Assembly: GCA_038087875.1 (NCBI GenBank) | Contig: CM075992.1 | Span: forward strand, 12,030,001-12,094,000 | Reading direction: 5' to 3' | Origin: Malacoraja senta | Lineage: Eukaryota | Length of the DNA stretch: 64,000 nt | Part shown: positions 37,070 to 50,805 of the stretch, piece by piece | How the letters are laid out: each line of letters opens with the position of its first letter | How positions within the stretch are numbered: position 1 is the first letter of the stretch | The notes under the pieces: model-generated | Told to the model about the DNA's origin: nothing | Database searches by the model: none | Seen by the model: the letters and a program-made list of their open reading frames with translations, nothing else | Made by a program: the position numbers and the translations under genes

Positions 37070-40000
37070 TTATGTTTGGACTCTGCAGCAGCAGAGACTC
37101 CAGAATGGTGTGTTACCTCCCTGGTGCTAGGGTCCAGGACGTCTCGGAGTAGCTGCACCACATCCTCAAGAGTGAGGGGTAGCAGCCGGATGTTGTTGTG
37201 CATGTTGGCACAAATGATAGAGGTCGGAAGAGGAAGGAGGTTCTGCAACAAGAATTTACGGAATAGGGTGGAAGACTGAAAAGCAGGACCTGCAGGGTAG
37301 TGATCTCAGGATTGCCTCCAGTACCTCGTGCTAGTGAAGGTAAGAATAAGAAGACAGGGGAAATGAATGTGTGGCTGAGGGGTTGGTGCAGGGGGCAGGG
37401 ATTCTGGATAATTGGGATTTCTTCCAGGGCAGGGTTGCAAAAAGGGGACGGGTTGCATCTAATAAAGGGGACGGGTTGCACCTAAACGTAACCAACATCC
37501 CAGCGGGAAGGTTTGCTAATGCTACACGGGAGGGTTTAATCTCGATTGGCAGGTGGGTGGGATCTCGTGCAGGACATGACACTGAGAGGCTAGAAGTTGG
37601 TATGGAGGATGTTGTGGGAAAGGTTAGTGGGCAGAATAGGCAGGAGAGCGAGGAAGGAAGGTTGGTTTAAACTGCAACGTATCTTATTGCAAGGGTCCTG
37701 ACGGGTAATAATAATAATAATAATAGATTTTATTTATGGGTGCCTTTCACAAAGTCGCAAGGACACCTTACAAAGTTTAACAAATAGTGTAGAAACATGT
37801 AAGCGGAATGAAATAAATAGCAAAGACATCACCAGTACACAAATTAAAGATAGAATTAAATCCCAAAACAAAAATCAAAAACACAATATGGAAGAGAGAG
37901 CAGCGGCTGCTAAAGCGCGCCAGCGTCCACTCTCCCTTCCGACCGCCATCTTGGACAAAGACTAACATAGACACTACACATTACACACAAAATCATCCCC
38001 CCACAATGATTACCACTGTGGGGGAAGGCACAATGTCCAGTCCCCAACCCCAGTTCACCCAAAGTCAGGCCTATTGAGGCCTCCACAGTTGCCTCTACGG
38101 AGGCCCGATGTTCCTGGCCGTTCTCGCCGGGTGTTGTTGCCCCGGCGTCGGGAGAGTCCTCGCAGCGGCTGGGACGGCTGGAACGGCCGATCTCCTACCG
38201 GAGTCTGTGGCACCTGAAGCCGACAAGGCCGCGCCGATTTGGAGCTCAGAGGCTCCCAATGTTGGAGTCGGCGGCGCCGCCCGCAGCTGGTCGCTCCGCA
38301 GTCCCGCAGCCCGGAGGTGTTGAGCTCGGCGGTCGCAGCTCACCGGAGCTCCAGCGCGTCGATCCAGCGCGGTGACCCAGGCAAGGCATCGCCCGCTCCG
38401 CGATAGCGCTCCAGCGCTGTGCCGCCACCGAAGCTGAAGGTGCTGGGCAGTCCCCGCCAGGAAAACGCCGCTCCACGCCCGCTGGTAGGCCGCAAGGACG
38501 GGTCGACGGGGCAGCCCGGAGAAAAAGCTGCCTCACCGACCAGGTAGGGAACTAGAGATAGTTTCCCCCCTAACCCCCCTACATTAAAAGTCAAAATTCC
38601 CCAACAGACATAGACACGAAACGAAAACGAAATAAAAAAGTGAAATGAACGGACGGCTGCTGGTTAGCAGATGAGCTTAGGGCACGGATAGGTACGAGGG
38701 ACTGGGACGTTGTAGCCATGACTGAAACCTGGTTAAGGGAGGGGAAGGACTGGCAGCTCAATGTTCCGGGGTACAGGAGCATCAGGAGAGACAGGGGTGA
38801 GGAGAAAAGAGGAGGGGAGATTGCATTGTTGATTAAGGAGGATGTCACGACTGTGTTCAGAGGTGACATTATTGACGGTTCATGTTGTGAGGCTTTACGG
38901 GTGGAGCTGAGGAACAAGGAAGGGATGATCACCTTGTTGGGGGTGTATTACAGACCATGAATAGTCAACAGGAATTAGAAGAACAAATGTGCCGGGAGAT
39001 TGCAGACATCTGCAGGTCAAGTAAGGTTGTAGGAGGGGATTTCAACTTTCCTAATATAGACTGGGAAAATCATAGCGTGAAGGGTTCAGATGGCGTGCAA
39101 TTCCTCAAAACTGTTCAGGAGTTTTCTTAAGCAGTATGTGGAGGCCCCTACATGTGAGAGGGCAATGCTGGATCTAATATTGGGAAATTGGGAAGGGGAA
39201 GTTAATGAAGGGTTAGGGTTAGGTGGAGTGGAGGTGCCTTTTGGGACCAGTGACCAAAGTTTGATTAGGTTTAAGATAGTTATGGATAGGGACGGAGAGG
39301 GTCACGTGTTTAAATGCTCAACTGGGGTAAGGCCAATTTGACGCTATGAGAGAAGGTCTCGCTCAAGTTAACTGGAGCAGGTTATTAGATGGGAAAGGAA
39401 CATCAGCCAAGTGGGATGTTTTTAAACGTGTACTGAAGAAAGCTCAGGATGTGTACGTCCCCGTTAGAGTGAAGGACAAAGCAGGCAAACATAAGAAAGC
39501 TTGGCTGACGAGGGAAATTGAGACATTAGTCAAAAACAAGAAGGATGCATGGGGCATGTATATGCAGCTGGGATCAAGTGCATCCCTGGAGGGGAGAGAG
39601 TGGGACCTCTCAGGAATCAAAGCAGTCACCTCTGTGTGGAGCCACAGGAGATGGGCAAGGTCCTCAATGAGTATTTCTCCTCTGTATTTCCGAGGAGATA
39701 GACAGTAGGACCTATGAAATTGGAGCAGTCACTAGAAGTGCCTTGAGAGCAGTCAGGATTACTGTTGAAGAAGTACTGAAGGTACCGTCGTGTTCGAAGA
39801 TAGATAAATCTCCAGGGCCTGATCTGATATATCTGAGGACATTGTGGTAAACTAGAGAGGAAATTGCAGGAGCCCTGGTTGAAATTTTACGAGTCGTCCT
39901 TAAATACAGGAGAGGTGCTGGAAGACTGGAGGGTGGCAAATGTTTTACCTCTTTTCAAGAAGGGCTGCAGGGAAAATGCTGGGAACTATAGGCCGGTGAG

Positions 40001-41290
40001 CTTAACATCTGTAATTGGTTAGTTACTGGAGATTATTCTGAGGGATAGGATATACAAGCATTTGGATGGGCAAGGGGCGATTAGGGATAGTCAGCATGGT
40101 TTTGTATGAGGGAGGTCGTGTCTCACAAATATGATTGATTTTTTTGAAGACATGACCAAAAAGGTTGATGAAGGCCGAGCTGTAGATGTTGTGTGCATGG
40201 ACTTCAGTAAGGCGTTCGACAAGGTTGCGCATTGTAGTCTGCTCTGGAAGGTTGGATTGCATGGAATCCAAGGAGAGATAGCTGAATGGATAGCAAATTG
40301 GCTTCATGGAAGGAAGCAGAGGGTAATGGTTGAAGATTGCTTCTCAGACTGGATGCCTGTGACTAGTGGTGTGCCTCAGGGTTCGGTGCTGGGCCCATTA
40401 TTGTTTGTCATCTACATCAATGCTTTGGATGAGAACATGCAGGGCAAGATTTGCTGATGATACAAAAGTTTGTGGTTTTGCAGATAGTGAAGATGGTTGT
40501 GAACGATTGCAGCAGGATCTGGATCAATTGGCCAGGTGGGCGGAGGAATGATTGATAGAATTTAATACAGAGAAATGTGAAGTGTTGCATTTTGGGACAT
40601 CGAACAAGAGCAGGACCTACACAATAAATGGTAGGTCTCTGGGTAGTGTTGTAGAGCAGAGGGATCAAGGAGTACAGCTGCATGGTTCCTTGAGGGTTGA
40701 GTCGCAGGTAGATGTGGTCAAAAAGGCTTTTGGCACTTTGGCCTTCATCAGTCAGAGTATTGAGTATAGAAGTTGGGAGGTCATGTTGCAGTTGTATAAG
40801 ACGTTGGTGAGACTGCATTTTGAATATTGTGTTCAGTTCTGGGCACCATGTTATAGGAAAGATATTGTCAAGCTTGAATTGGTTCAGAAAATATTTATGT
40901 TGCCAGGGCTAGAGGTTGTGTGCTATAGGGAGAGGTTGAGTAGGCTTGATCTTTATTCCATGAAGCACAGGAGGATAAGGGGTGATCTTATAGAGGTGTA
41001 TAAGAGGGGAATAGATCAGGAAGATGAACAGAGTCTTTTGCCCAGCGTAGGGGAATCAAGGAACTGAGGACATAGGTTCAAGATGAAGAGGAAAAGATTT
41101 AATAGGAATCAGAGGGGTACCTTTTTCACACAAAGGGCGGTCGGGGTATGGACCAAGCTGCCAGAGGAGGTAGTTCAGGCTGGGACTATCCCATCGTTTA
41201 AGAAACAGTTTGACAGGTACATTGAAAGGACAGGTTTGGAGGGATATGGACCAAGCCCAGGGAAGTGGCTGTTTCCACACTGTATCACTC
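37070..41290 (+). mobile_element. Near full-length decayed CR1 (ORF1 SGNH esterase + ORF2), interrupted at 37707-38665
   Basis: VCYLPGARVQDV, VVVHVGTND, VISGLPPVPR (ORF1 esterase); TETWL, DFSKAFDKV, GVPQGSVLGP (ORF2). Confidence 0.9.
37707..38665 (-). mobile_element. GC-rich non-autonomous element, related to 268-1290, with (TAA)n end, inserted in the CR1
   Basis: Shared motifs gtccctacctggtcgg and gcacagcgctggagcgctatcgcggagcggg; the CR1 resumes at gcagatgagcttagg. Confidence 0.7.
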
Positions 41291-42889
41291 TTTAACTCTA
41301 TGACACTGACTCTACAGAGAGATTGAAGAACCAAAAGCTAGCAAATGGAGTTTAATGTGGAAGATGTGAGGTCATGCACTGGAAGAGGAATTCAAAGGTA
41401 GAACATTATCTAAATGGAGGAGAGTTGGAAATGAGGCATAGATAGGGGAGATAGTCAGAACCTATTTTCCAGGATGGAAATTTCAAATACTAGAGGGCAT
41501 AGCTTTAAGGTGAGAGGGACAAAGTTTAAAGGAGATGTGTGGGGCAAGGCTTTTTTTACACAAAGGATGGTCGGTGCCTGGAACAAGTTGCCGGGGTGGA
41601 GATGGAGGCAGTTACGATAATGGCATTTAAGAGACTTATGGATAAGCACATGGATGTGCAGGCTATGGAGGAATATGCATTATGCAGGCAGATTTGTTGC
41701 TTTAGGCATCATGTTAGGCACAGACCTCGTGGGCAGAAGAGCCTGTTCCTGTGCTGTACTATTCTATGTTCAATGTTTTGTATATGTTCTATGATGGAAG
41801 TAGAGAAGTCATGTGTTCTTGTGCAGGAGTTGCAAAACGTTAGCAGACTGAAGAAAGTAGTTAGGAAGGCAAGATAGCACATTGGCCCTTATTGCAAAAA
41901 TGTTTATGTTTAGAAATAAGGAAGATCTTTGACTATGGTCCATCATAGTGGTGAGGCAGCACCTGGAGTATTAGAAGCACAGGAACAGTCCCTTCGGCCC
42001 ACAATGGCCATGCCAAGCATGATGCTTAACCACATTTCCTCTGCCTGTGCATCCTTCCATTCTCGGCATATCATGTGCCTATCTAAAAGCCTTTAAATGC
42101 CACTATCATATCTACCACTATCACCACACCACCAGTGTGTTTCAGGCACCCACCGCTCTGTGTAATAAACATGCCCCAAACATCTCCATTAAACTTAAGA
42201 TGTTAAGGCCTCTCACACCTTAATGCTGTGCCATCTAGTTTTTGACATTTCCACCCTGCGAAAAAAGTTCTGATGTGTGGTTCACAGGCCTAGAATTTCC
42301 TGGATTACCTCGACTTCCCTTCTTTGTAATAATGTTCTTTGAAGTAATAACGGGGAATAATGAAATGGCAGATTAATTAAATACGTTTTTTGTATCAGTC
42401 TTTACAGAAGAAGACACCAGCAAAATGTATGTATTTTAAGAGAGTTAGGGGGTAGAAGTTAGTGGAGTTGCTGTTACTAAAGAGAAGGTGCTTGGGAAGT
42501 TGAAAGGTCTGAAGGTGGATAAGCCGAGAATGGAAGGATATGGATTCATGAGCATCATTCATGACTAGGTGTGGTAGGGATGTTGGTCTCCAGAAAGATC
42601 CACTATGTTGACTTGGCCCTGTCTCCTGCATGGTTTAACTTTGCAGTTTCATTAGTCTGGCATCTCATTCCTGGGTGCATCAGGTGTAGATGCCCTGCCT
42701 GAGCCAACGTCGACTGCCTGGTTGGATAGAATTAATCGAGTGAGGGTGTATGGGCCATATGGTTACAGATGGTGCTGGTGAATGTGTATGCCATTGAAGT
42801 CCCACCATGCCTCATGATGTACAACTTGGAGCTGCCAGATAGGCCCTGACTCTCTACTATATAGAAATTAGAAATGCTTCAGAAAATGT

Positions 42890-43190
42890 TGTTTAGTTTA
42901 GGTTAGTTTAGTGATACAGAGTGTAAACGGGCCCTATGACCCACCGAGTTCACTCTGACCCACGGTCACCGGTACTCTAGTTCTATCCTACACACTAGGG
43001 ACAATTTACAGAAGCCAATTAACCTACAAACCTAGATGTCTTTGGAATGTGGGAGGAAAGGAGCGTACCCGGAGAAAACCCATTCAGTCATAGGGAGAAC
43101 GTACAAAATCCGTACAGACAGCACCCATAGTCAAGATCGAACCCGGGTTTCTGGCACTGCAAGGCAACCACTCTATTGCTGTGCCACTGT
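42890..43190 (-). mobile_element. HE1/V-SINE-type SINE
   Basis: ORF 43088..43294 PGFDLDYGCCLYGFCTFS reflects the SINE consensus. Confidence 0.8.
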
Positions 43191-43204
43191 ACTGGGCAGT
43201 TATA

Positions 43205-44180
43205 ATCATATAACCATATAACAATTACAGCACGGAAACAGGCCATCTCGGCCCTTCTAGTCCGTGCTGGACACTTATTCTCCCCTAGTCCCATCTACCT
43301 GCACTCAGACCATAACCCTCCATTCCTTTCCCGTCCATATACCTATTCAATTTATATTTAAATGATAAAATCAAACCTGCCTCCACCACTTCCACTGGAA
43401 GCTCATTCCACACAGCTACCACTCTCTGAGTAAAGAAGTTCCCCCTCGTGTTACCCCTAAACATCTGTCCCTTAATTCTCAAATCATATGCTCTGGTTTG
43501 AATCTTCCCTACTCTCAATGGAAAAAGCTTATCCACGTCAACTCTGTCTATCCCTCTCATCATTTTAAAGACCTCTATCAAGTCCCCCCTTAACTTTCTG
43601 CGCTCCAAAGAATAAAGACCTAACTTGTTCAACCTTTCTCTGTAACTTAGTTGCTGAAACCCAGGCAACATTCTAATAAATCTCCTCTGTACTCTCTCTA
43701 TTTTGTTGACATCTTTCCTATAATTTGGCGACCACAATTGTGCACCATACTCCTGAATTGGCCTCATCAATGCCTTGTACAATTTTAACATTACATCCCA
43801 ACTTCTATACTCAATGCTCTGATTTATAAAGGCCAGCACACCAAAAGCTTTCTTTACCACTATTCTACATGAGATTCCTCCTTCAGGGAACTATGCACAG
43901 TTATTCCTAGATCCCTCTGTTCAACTGCATTCCTCAATTCGCTACCATTTACCATGTACGTCCGATTTTGATTTGTCTTGCCAAGATGTAGCACTTCACA
44001 CTTATCAGCATTAAACTCCATCTGCCATCTTTCAGCCCACTTTTCCAAATGGCCTAAATCGCTCTGTAGACTTTGAAAATCTACTTCATTATCCACAATG
44101 CCACCTATCTTAGTATCATCTGCATACTTACTAATCCAATTTACTGCACCATCATCCAGATCATTGATGTATATGACAAT
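43205..44180 (-). mobile_element. CR1 RT 3' fragment
   Basis: ORFs 43285..43860 and 43860..44276 (YINDLDDG..KYADDTKIGG). Confidence 0.92.
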
Positions 44181-45075
44181 CTCCACAAGGACAGTGTTGG
44201 TCACTTGTATCAATGCTATTGTGAACAGGTAGATGAGATGGAGAACAAGGTTGATCCCTCGCATGCATCCGTTCACTATTCACAGAGACACAATCTAGCA
44301 GCAACATCCCTCTGGACCTGACCAGTCACAGCCTTCATTAGACAGGAACCTCTGAGGGTGATGACCTACCGCTTGAAGAAATTTCTTCTCATTCTTGCTG
44401 TGACTGGATGATCTCTGATTTTGAAAATAATGCTAATGCATCGCACTTTGGTGCAGCTGGTAGAGCTGCTTCCTCACAGCACCAGAGACCCAGGTTCGAT
44501 CCTGACCCCGGGTGCTGTCTGTGTGGAGTTTTCCGTTCTTCCTGTGACTGTGTGAGTTTCCTCTGGGTGCTCCTGCTATTTCCAATATTGCAAAGATATG
44601 TAAGTTTGTAGGTTTATAGGTTGTAGTTTACTGCTGAGGGTGGTGGTGGTGGAGGCAGACACAAAGATGGCATTTAAGAGACTTTTACATAGGCACATGG
44701 ATATGCAGGGAATGGAGGGATATGAATTATGTGTAGACAGATAAGTGTCTTGGCATCATGTTCAGTGCAGACATTGTGGGCCAAAGGGTCTCTCTTGTGT
44801 TGTATTGTTGAATGTTCCATGTTAATCGGTCTTCATACATTGCCCCTGGTGTGTAGGGAGTGGATGCAAAAGTAGGATAGCATAAAACTAATGTGAATGG
44901 ATGACCAATGGTTAGTGTGAACTTTGGATATTTGAGATTGGATTGGATTTAATTTCTGTCAACAGGAAGGGCAAACATTGAATACAGTTACTTGTAGGGA
45001 GACACTGTGGTAGAAATAGGACTGACCAATCCAAGCTCTCAACATCAAACCAAGTAACAGAGCATGGGGATTTAT

Positions 45076-45880
45076 GTGTAGGAAAGAACTGCAGATGCTG
45101 GTTTAAATCGAAGGTAGACACAAAATGCTGGAGTGACTCAACGGTACAGGCAGCATCACTGGAGAGAAAGAATGGGTGACACTTCGGGTCGAGACACTTC
45201 TTCAGACTGCTGTCTCGGGAGGGGGCAGGACAAAGATAGAATGTTGTCGGAAACAGTAAGACTAGTGGGAGAACTGGGAAGGGGAGGGGAGAGAGAGGGA
45301 AAGCTAGGGATATCTGAAGTTGGAGAAGTCAATGTTCATACCGCTGGGGTGTAAGCTACCCAAGCAAAATATGAGGTGATGTTCCTCCAATTTGCGCTGG
45401 GCCTCACTCTGACAATGAAGGAGGCCCAGGACAGAAAGGTCAGATTGGGAATGGGAGGGGAAGTTGAAGTACTGAGCCACCGGGAGATCAGGTAGGTTTT
45501 GACGGACTGAGCGGAGGTGTTCAGCGAAACACCTGATCGCCGAGCCTGCGCTTGGTCTCGCTGATATAGAGAAGTTCACATCTGGAACAGCGGACACAGT
45601 ATATGAGGTTGGAGGAGGTGCAAGTGAACCTCTGCCTCACCAGGAAAGACTGTTTGGGTCCTTGGATGGAGACGTGGGGGGAGGTAAAGGGACAGGTGTT
45701 GCATCTCCTTCGGATGCAGGGGAAAGTTTCTCGGGAGAGGGTGGTTTGGGTGGAAAGGGACGAGTTGACCAGGGAGTTTCAGAGGGAACAGTCTCTGCGG
45801 AAAGCAGAAAGGGGTGGAGATGGGAAGATGTGGCCAGTAGCGGGATCCAGTTGGAGGGGGCGAAAATGTTGGAGGGTTTA
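45076..45880 (-). mobile_element. Penelope-like element 3' part (GIY-YIG and terminal repeat)
   Basis: FAEHLRSVRQNLPDLPVAQYFN...KLEEHHLIFCLGSLHPSGMNIDFSNF. Confidence 0.9.
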
Positions 45881-46029
45881 TGTGCTTAGTAAAGACAACT
45901 TCTGATGGTTTGTTCTCAATCTAGCAATTCATAAAGCTGTCTTTGTGGCACTATTACTGCCTCTAGTTTTGTAATCTCAAACATCCTCCTTGCTGGAATT
46001 TTTTTTGTTATTTATATTAAAGTCTTTTT

Positions 46030-47630
46030 TTACATGTAGAATATCAATTTCCCTCCACCAACACACCCCTTCGCCTAGCAGAGCTGGTCCTTACTCTTAA
46101 TAACTTCTTCTTCAACTCCTCCCACTTCCTCCAAATCCAAGGCGTAGCCATGGGCACCCGCGTGGGCTCCAGCTATGCCTGCCTCTTTGTAGGGTACGTT
46201 GAACAATCCTGTTCCAGACGTACACTGGCCCTGTCCCTGAACTCTCTCTGCTACATTGATGACTACATCAGTGCTACCTCCTGCACCCATGCAGAACTCA
46301 CTGACTACATTAACTTTACTAATCATTTCCATTGTGCACTCAAATTTACTTGGACCATCTATGACATCTCCCAACCATTTCCTGATCTCACTGATTCCAT
46401 TGTAGGAGATAAACTATCAGCAGACATTTAGTGTGAACCCACTGACTCCCACAGCTATCTAGACTACACTTTTCTCACCCAGCTTCCTGTAGAGACTCTA
46501 TCCCCTACTCCCAATTCCTCCGTCTACACCGTATCTGCGCCCAAGATTAAGTGTTCCATACCAGGAGATCTGAGATGTCCTCATTCTTTAGGGAACGGGG
46601 GTTCCTCTCTTTAATCATTGCTGAGTCTCCTCAATATCCTGCAGCTCCGCTCTTGCTACCCCACCCCTCCCAGTTGCAACAGGGACAGAGTCCCCCTAGT
46701 CCTCACATTTTACCCCAACAGCCGTCACATAAACAGCACATAATCCTCGGGCATTTTCACCACCTTCAATGTGATCTCACCAATAGCCACATCTTCCCAT
46801 CTCCACCCCTTTCCGCTTTCCACATACACCATTCCCTCCGCAACACCCTGGTTAACTCGTCCCTTCCCAACCAAACCACCCCCTCCCCAGTTACCTTCCC
46901 CTGCAACTGCAGGAGATGCAACACCTGTCCCTATACCCCCCCTCGACTCCATCCTAGGACCCCGACAATCTTTTCAGGTGAGGCAGAGGTTCACTTGTTC
47001 CTCCTCCAACCTCATCTACTGTATCCACTGTTCCAGGTGTGGACTCGTTTATATCGATGAGACCAAGCGCAGACTCGCCGATCATTTAACTGAACATCTC
47101 CACTCAGTCCAACTAAACCTACCTGATCTCCCAGTTCCTCAACACTTTAACTCTCCCTCCCATTCCCACACTGACCTTTCTGTCCTGGGCCTCCTCCATT
47201 GTCATAGTGAGGCCCAGCACAAATGAGAGGAACAAAAACTCAGATTTCACTTGGGCAGCTTACACCCCAGCGGTATGAATATTGACTTCTCTAACTTCAA
47301 ATAACCTTTGCCTTCCTTCTCTCTCCATCCTTCCCCCCTTCCCAGTTCTCCGACCAGTCTTACTGTCCTTGTTTACATTTTATCTCTGTTTGCTTTGTTG
47401 TTAACTTCTCCTTGCTAACATTGATCTATTCTACGCTGTCCTTGATCTCCATCACCTTTGTCTCTTTTTCACATTTTACATTTCCTTATCTCTGTATCTC
47501 CCTCTCCCCTGATTGTCTCGACCTGAAATATCACCCATTCCTTCTATCCAGAGATGCTGTCTGTCCCGCTGAGTTACTCCAGCATTTTGTGTCTATCTTC
47601 GGTTTAAACCAGCATTTGCAGTTTCTTCCT
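46030..47630 (+). mobile_element. Penelope-like (Neptune-type) element: RT, Cys linker, GIY-YIG; decayed
   Basis: QIQGVAMGTRVGSSYACLFVG..YIDD; CNCRRCNTC; NLIYCIHCSRCGLVYIDETKR. Confidence 0.92.
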
Positions 47631-48245
47631 ATGACATCCAGATTGTCTCCAATCTGATCTATTCCTACATTAACCATTTCATAGAGTCATATAGTATGGA
47701 CACAAGCCCTTTGGCCCATCTTGCCCATACTGACCAAGAACCCTGATCTAAGGTAGTCCCATTTGCCAACACCTGGTCCATATCCCTCTTAACTTTTTCT
47801 ATCCAGGTATCTCTCTGAGTCTCTATTAAATGTTGTTATTCTACTTGCCTCAAGTACCTTCCCTGGCAGCTCATTCCATATACTCACGAATCCTCTTTGT
47901 GAAAAGGATGATCGCCGGTTCCAATAAAATCATTCCCTTCTCAACTTAAACCCATGTCCTCTGGGTAAATAGACCCTGGGTAAAGGGGCTTGTTTCTGAG
48001 ATCTCCTGAACCTGTCCTACACATCACAAATGATGCTCCATAATATCCGGATATTATTGATGGATAATGAGGCATTTATATTGTGCACTCTCCTTCCCGT
48101 TATCTGGAAATTTCCCCCATGTATTAGGAGTAAAGAATGAGGCATTCACCTGTCCATTAAAGGAAACTACATCAAAAGTAATACTTTAGCTTACAATGAG
48201 ATGGCAAAAAGCCATGAATAGGGTTGACGCTGCGCTTGGACTTAC

Positions 48246-48365
48246 CAAAATTCTCTTTCCCTGCCACGCTCTTCCAGCCAATGTTCAGGCTGTTATTGCC
48301 AGTGGATAACTTTGATCTGTTATCGTTTGGGATCGTGCTGTTCCGGATTGCTAGCATGATGATTT
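48246..48365 (-). CDS. ADGRE-like GAIN-region exon (120 bp, phase 1-1): (E)IIMLAIRNSTIPNDNRSKLSTGNNSLNIGWKSVAGKENF(G)
   Basis: Acceptor ccattttcaaag, donor gtaagt, open frame; the L-S-x-x-x-N-x-L/M-x-I-x-W pattern resembles ADGRE GAIN exons. Confidence 0.7.
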
Positions 48366-49409
48366 CTTTGAAAATGGAGGAGCAGGAAAGTCAACAGCAG
48401 CAGCATTAAAAACAGGGAATAAAATGTCACAAAGCTTCAGTAATTTGTCATATCTTTGTGTAGAAAATAACTTGTAATAGTTCCAATGGTTCTCAATCCT
48501 ATCTCTCTCCAGAAACCCAATGAGTTGCTCACAATACCCTGTACACAGAGATTGTCAACGTCTTTTTCTAATTACGAGTGGAGCATGGTCTTTAAAAGAT
48601 GAAACGTCACCCATTCCTTCTCTCCAGAGTGACTCCAGCTATTTGTGTCTATCTTCTTTAAACCATAAAGACACAAATAGCTGAAGTGACTCAGGCAGCA
48701 TCTCTGAACCACCAGGTGGCGCCAGCAATGGCTGCCTCGCCAACAGTCTGTCTTATCCCTTCCTTCTTTGTTGTTTTCTTTGTATGTGTTAAATGTATGT
48801 TTTAATGTTCTTTAGCTTAGCTGATGTGGTGGTGGGAGGGTGGGGGAGGCAGTGTTGGGGTAACCTTTTTAAAATCTCTTATCCTGACGGAGAAGCGATT
48901 TTTTTCAGTATGATATCTCTGTCCGCACTGAGGCCTAACATTGAGGAGCTGGTGGCCTCTGCAGGAGACCGACTTCGGAAGCTCCAACCGCAGGAGCCTG
49001 CGGACTTTAACATCGTGGTGCTCGCGGTCCCTGGTTAGAGAGTGACTTCGGGAGCTCCAACCGCAGGAGCTCGACGGCCCCGACGTGGGAGCTACGATCG
49101 CCCCGATGAGCGAGCTTCGATTGCCCTGACAGTGCAAAACGACCTGAAGGCAAGACTGAGGCAGGGCAAGGACGACTACAGGGAGAAGCTGGAGCTGAAA
49201 CTTCAGCAGAACAACATGAGGGATGTATGGAGCAGTATGAAGAGCATTACAGACCACAAGAAGACCAGTGGCCTGGGGAGGGAAAGCAATCAGGACTGGG
49301 CCAATGAGCTAAACCTGTTTTTTTTATAGATATGATGGTGGGGCCTCTGCCCACCCACTCCCCCCTGCCCCCTGACAGACTCTCCCCCTCAACCCCCCTG
49401 GTCCACTTC

Positions 49410-50603
49410 ATAGAGTCATTGAGTCATACAGTCATAGAGTGATACAGTGTGGAAACTGGCCCTTCAGCCCAACTTGCCCACACTGGCCAAACAATGTCCC
49501 AGCTACATTAGTCCCACTTGCCTGAGCTTGGTCCATATCCCCCCAAACCTGTCCTATCCATGTACCTGTCTGTTTCTTAAATGATGGGATCGTCCCAGCC
49601 TCAACTACCTCCTCTGGCAGCTTGTTACATACACCCACCATACTGTGTAAAAAAGTTACCCCTCGGATTCCTATTAAATCTTTTCCCCTTCACCTTGAAC
49701 CTATCTCCTCTGGTACTCCATTCCCCTGCTCTGGGCAAGAGACTCTGTGCATCAACCCAATCTATTCCTCTCATGATTTTGTACACCTCTACAAGATCCC
49801 CCCTCATCCTCCTACGCTCCTTGGAAAAGAGACCAAGCCTATTCAACCTCTCCCTATAGCTCACACCCTCTAGTCCTGGCAACATCCTCGTAAATCATTT
49901 CTGAACCGTTTCAAGCTTGACAATATTTTCCTGTAACATGGTGCCCAGAACTGAACACAATATTCTAAACGCGGTCCCACCAACGTCTTATATGACTGCA
50001 ACATGTCCTCCCAACTTCTATATTTAATATTCTGAATGATGAAGGCCAAAGTGCCAAAAGCCTTTTTGACTACCTGCGACTCGACCCTCAAGGAACCATG
50101 TTCCTGTACTCCTTGAAACCTCAGCTCTACAACACCACCCACAGACCTCCTATTTACTGTGTAGATCCTGCCCTTGTTTGACATCACAAAATGCAACACC
50201 TCACATTCCTCTGTATTAAATTCCATCAACCATTCCTCAGCCCACCTGGCCAATCGATCCAGATCCTGCTGTCATCTTTCACAACCATATTCACTATCTG
50301 CAAAACCACTCACTTTTGTATCATCAGCAAACTTGCTAATCTTGCCCTGTATGTTCTCATGCAAACCATTGATGTAGATGACAAACAGTAATGGGACCAG
50401 CACCGAACCCTGAGGCACACCACTAGTCACAGCCCTCCAGTCCAAGAAGCAACCTTCCACTATCAACCTCTGCTTCCTTACATGGAGCCAATTTGCTATC
50501 CTTTCAGCTATCTCTCATCGGACCCCATGCGATCTGACCTTCAGGAGCAGCCTACCATGCGGAACCTTGTCGAATGCCTTACTGAAATCCATGTACATAA
50601 CAT
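49410..50603 (-). mobile_element. CR1 RT 3' fragment
   Basis: ORFs 49625..49885, 49870..50253 and 50272..50466. Confidence 0.9.
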
Positions 50604-50805
50604 GTTTAAGAAGGAACTGCAGATGCTGGAAAATCGAAGATAGACAAAAATGCTGGAGAAACTCAGCGGGTGAGGCAGCATCTATGGAGCGAAAGAAATA
50701 GGCAACGCTTCGGGTCGAAACCCTTCTTCAGACTGAATTCCTATTTCCTTCACTCCATAGATGCTGCCTCACCCGTTGAGTTTCTCCAGCATTTTTGTCT
50801 ACCTT
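50604..50805. mobile_element. Palindromic Penelope-derived short element
   Basis: Inverted arms; imperfect 15-bp TSD ccatgtacataacat (50589-50603) and ccatgtacccaacat (50806-50820). Confidence 0.8.

Larger units (their letters stand above)
8701..48365 (-). pseudogene. Adhesion GPCR, ADGRE (EMR/CD97)-like, partial and probably pseudogenised; four exons identified
   Basis: Four minus-strand AG..GT-bounded exons in the expected order: GAIN segment, TM1-2, TM3-4, ECL2/TM5 start. Family motifs are IHTHLCISLFLAEL, LHYFFLACFSWMLLEGVQLY and GYGTDKY. The last exon has a frameshift and stop; no GPS exon found. Confidence 0.8.

Noticed and set aside
45076..47630. Divergent Penelope pair as a single inverted-repeat insertion
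   Set aside because: The copies differ noticeably, are separated by about 150 bp of unrelated DNA, and I found no shared TSD; independent insertions are as likely.
48050..48185. Minus-strand frame DVVSFNGQVNASFF.. as the next GAIN exon
   Set aside because: Only a short resemblance; bounded by stops, wrong phase at the nearest AG, and no downstream GAIN motifs.
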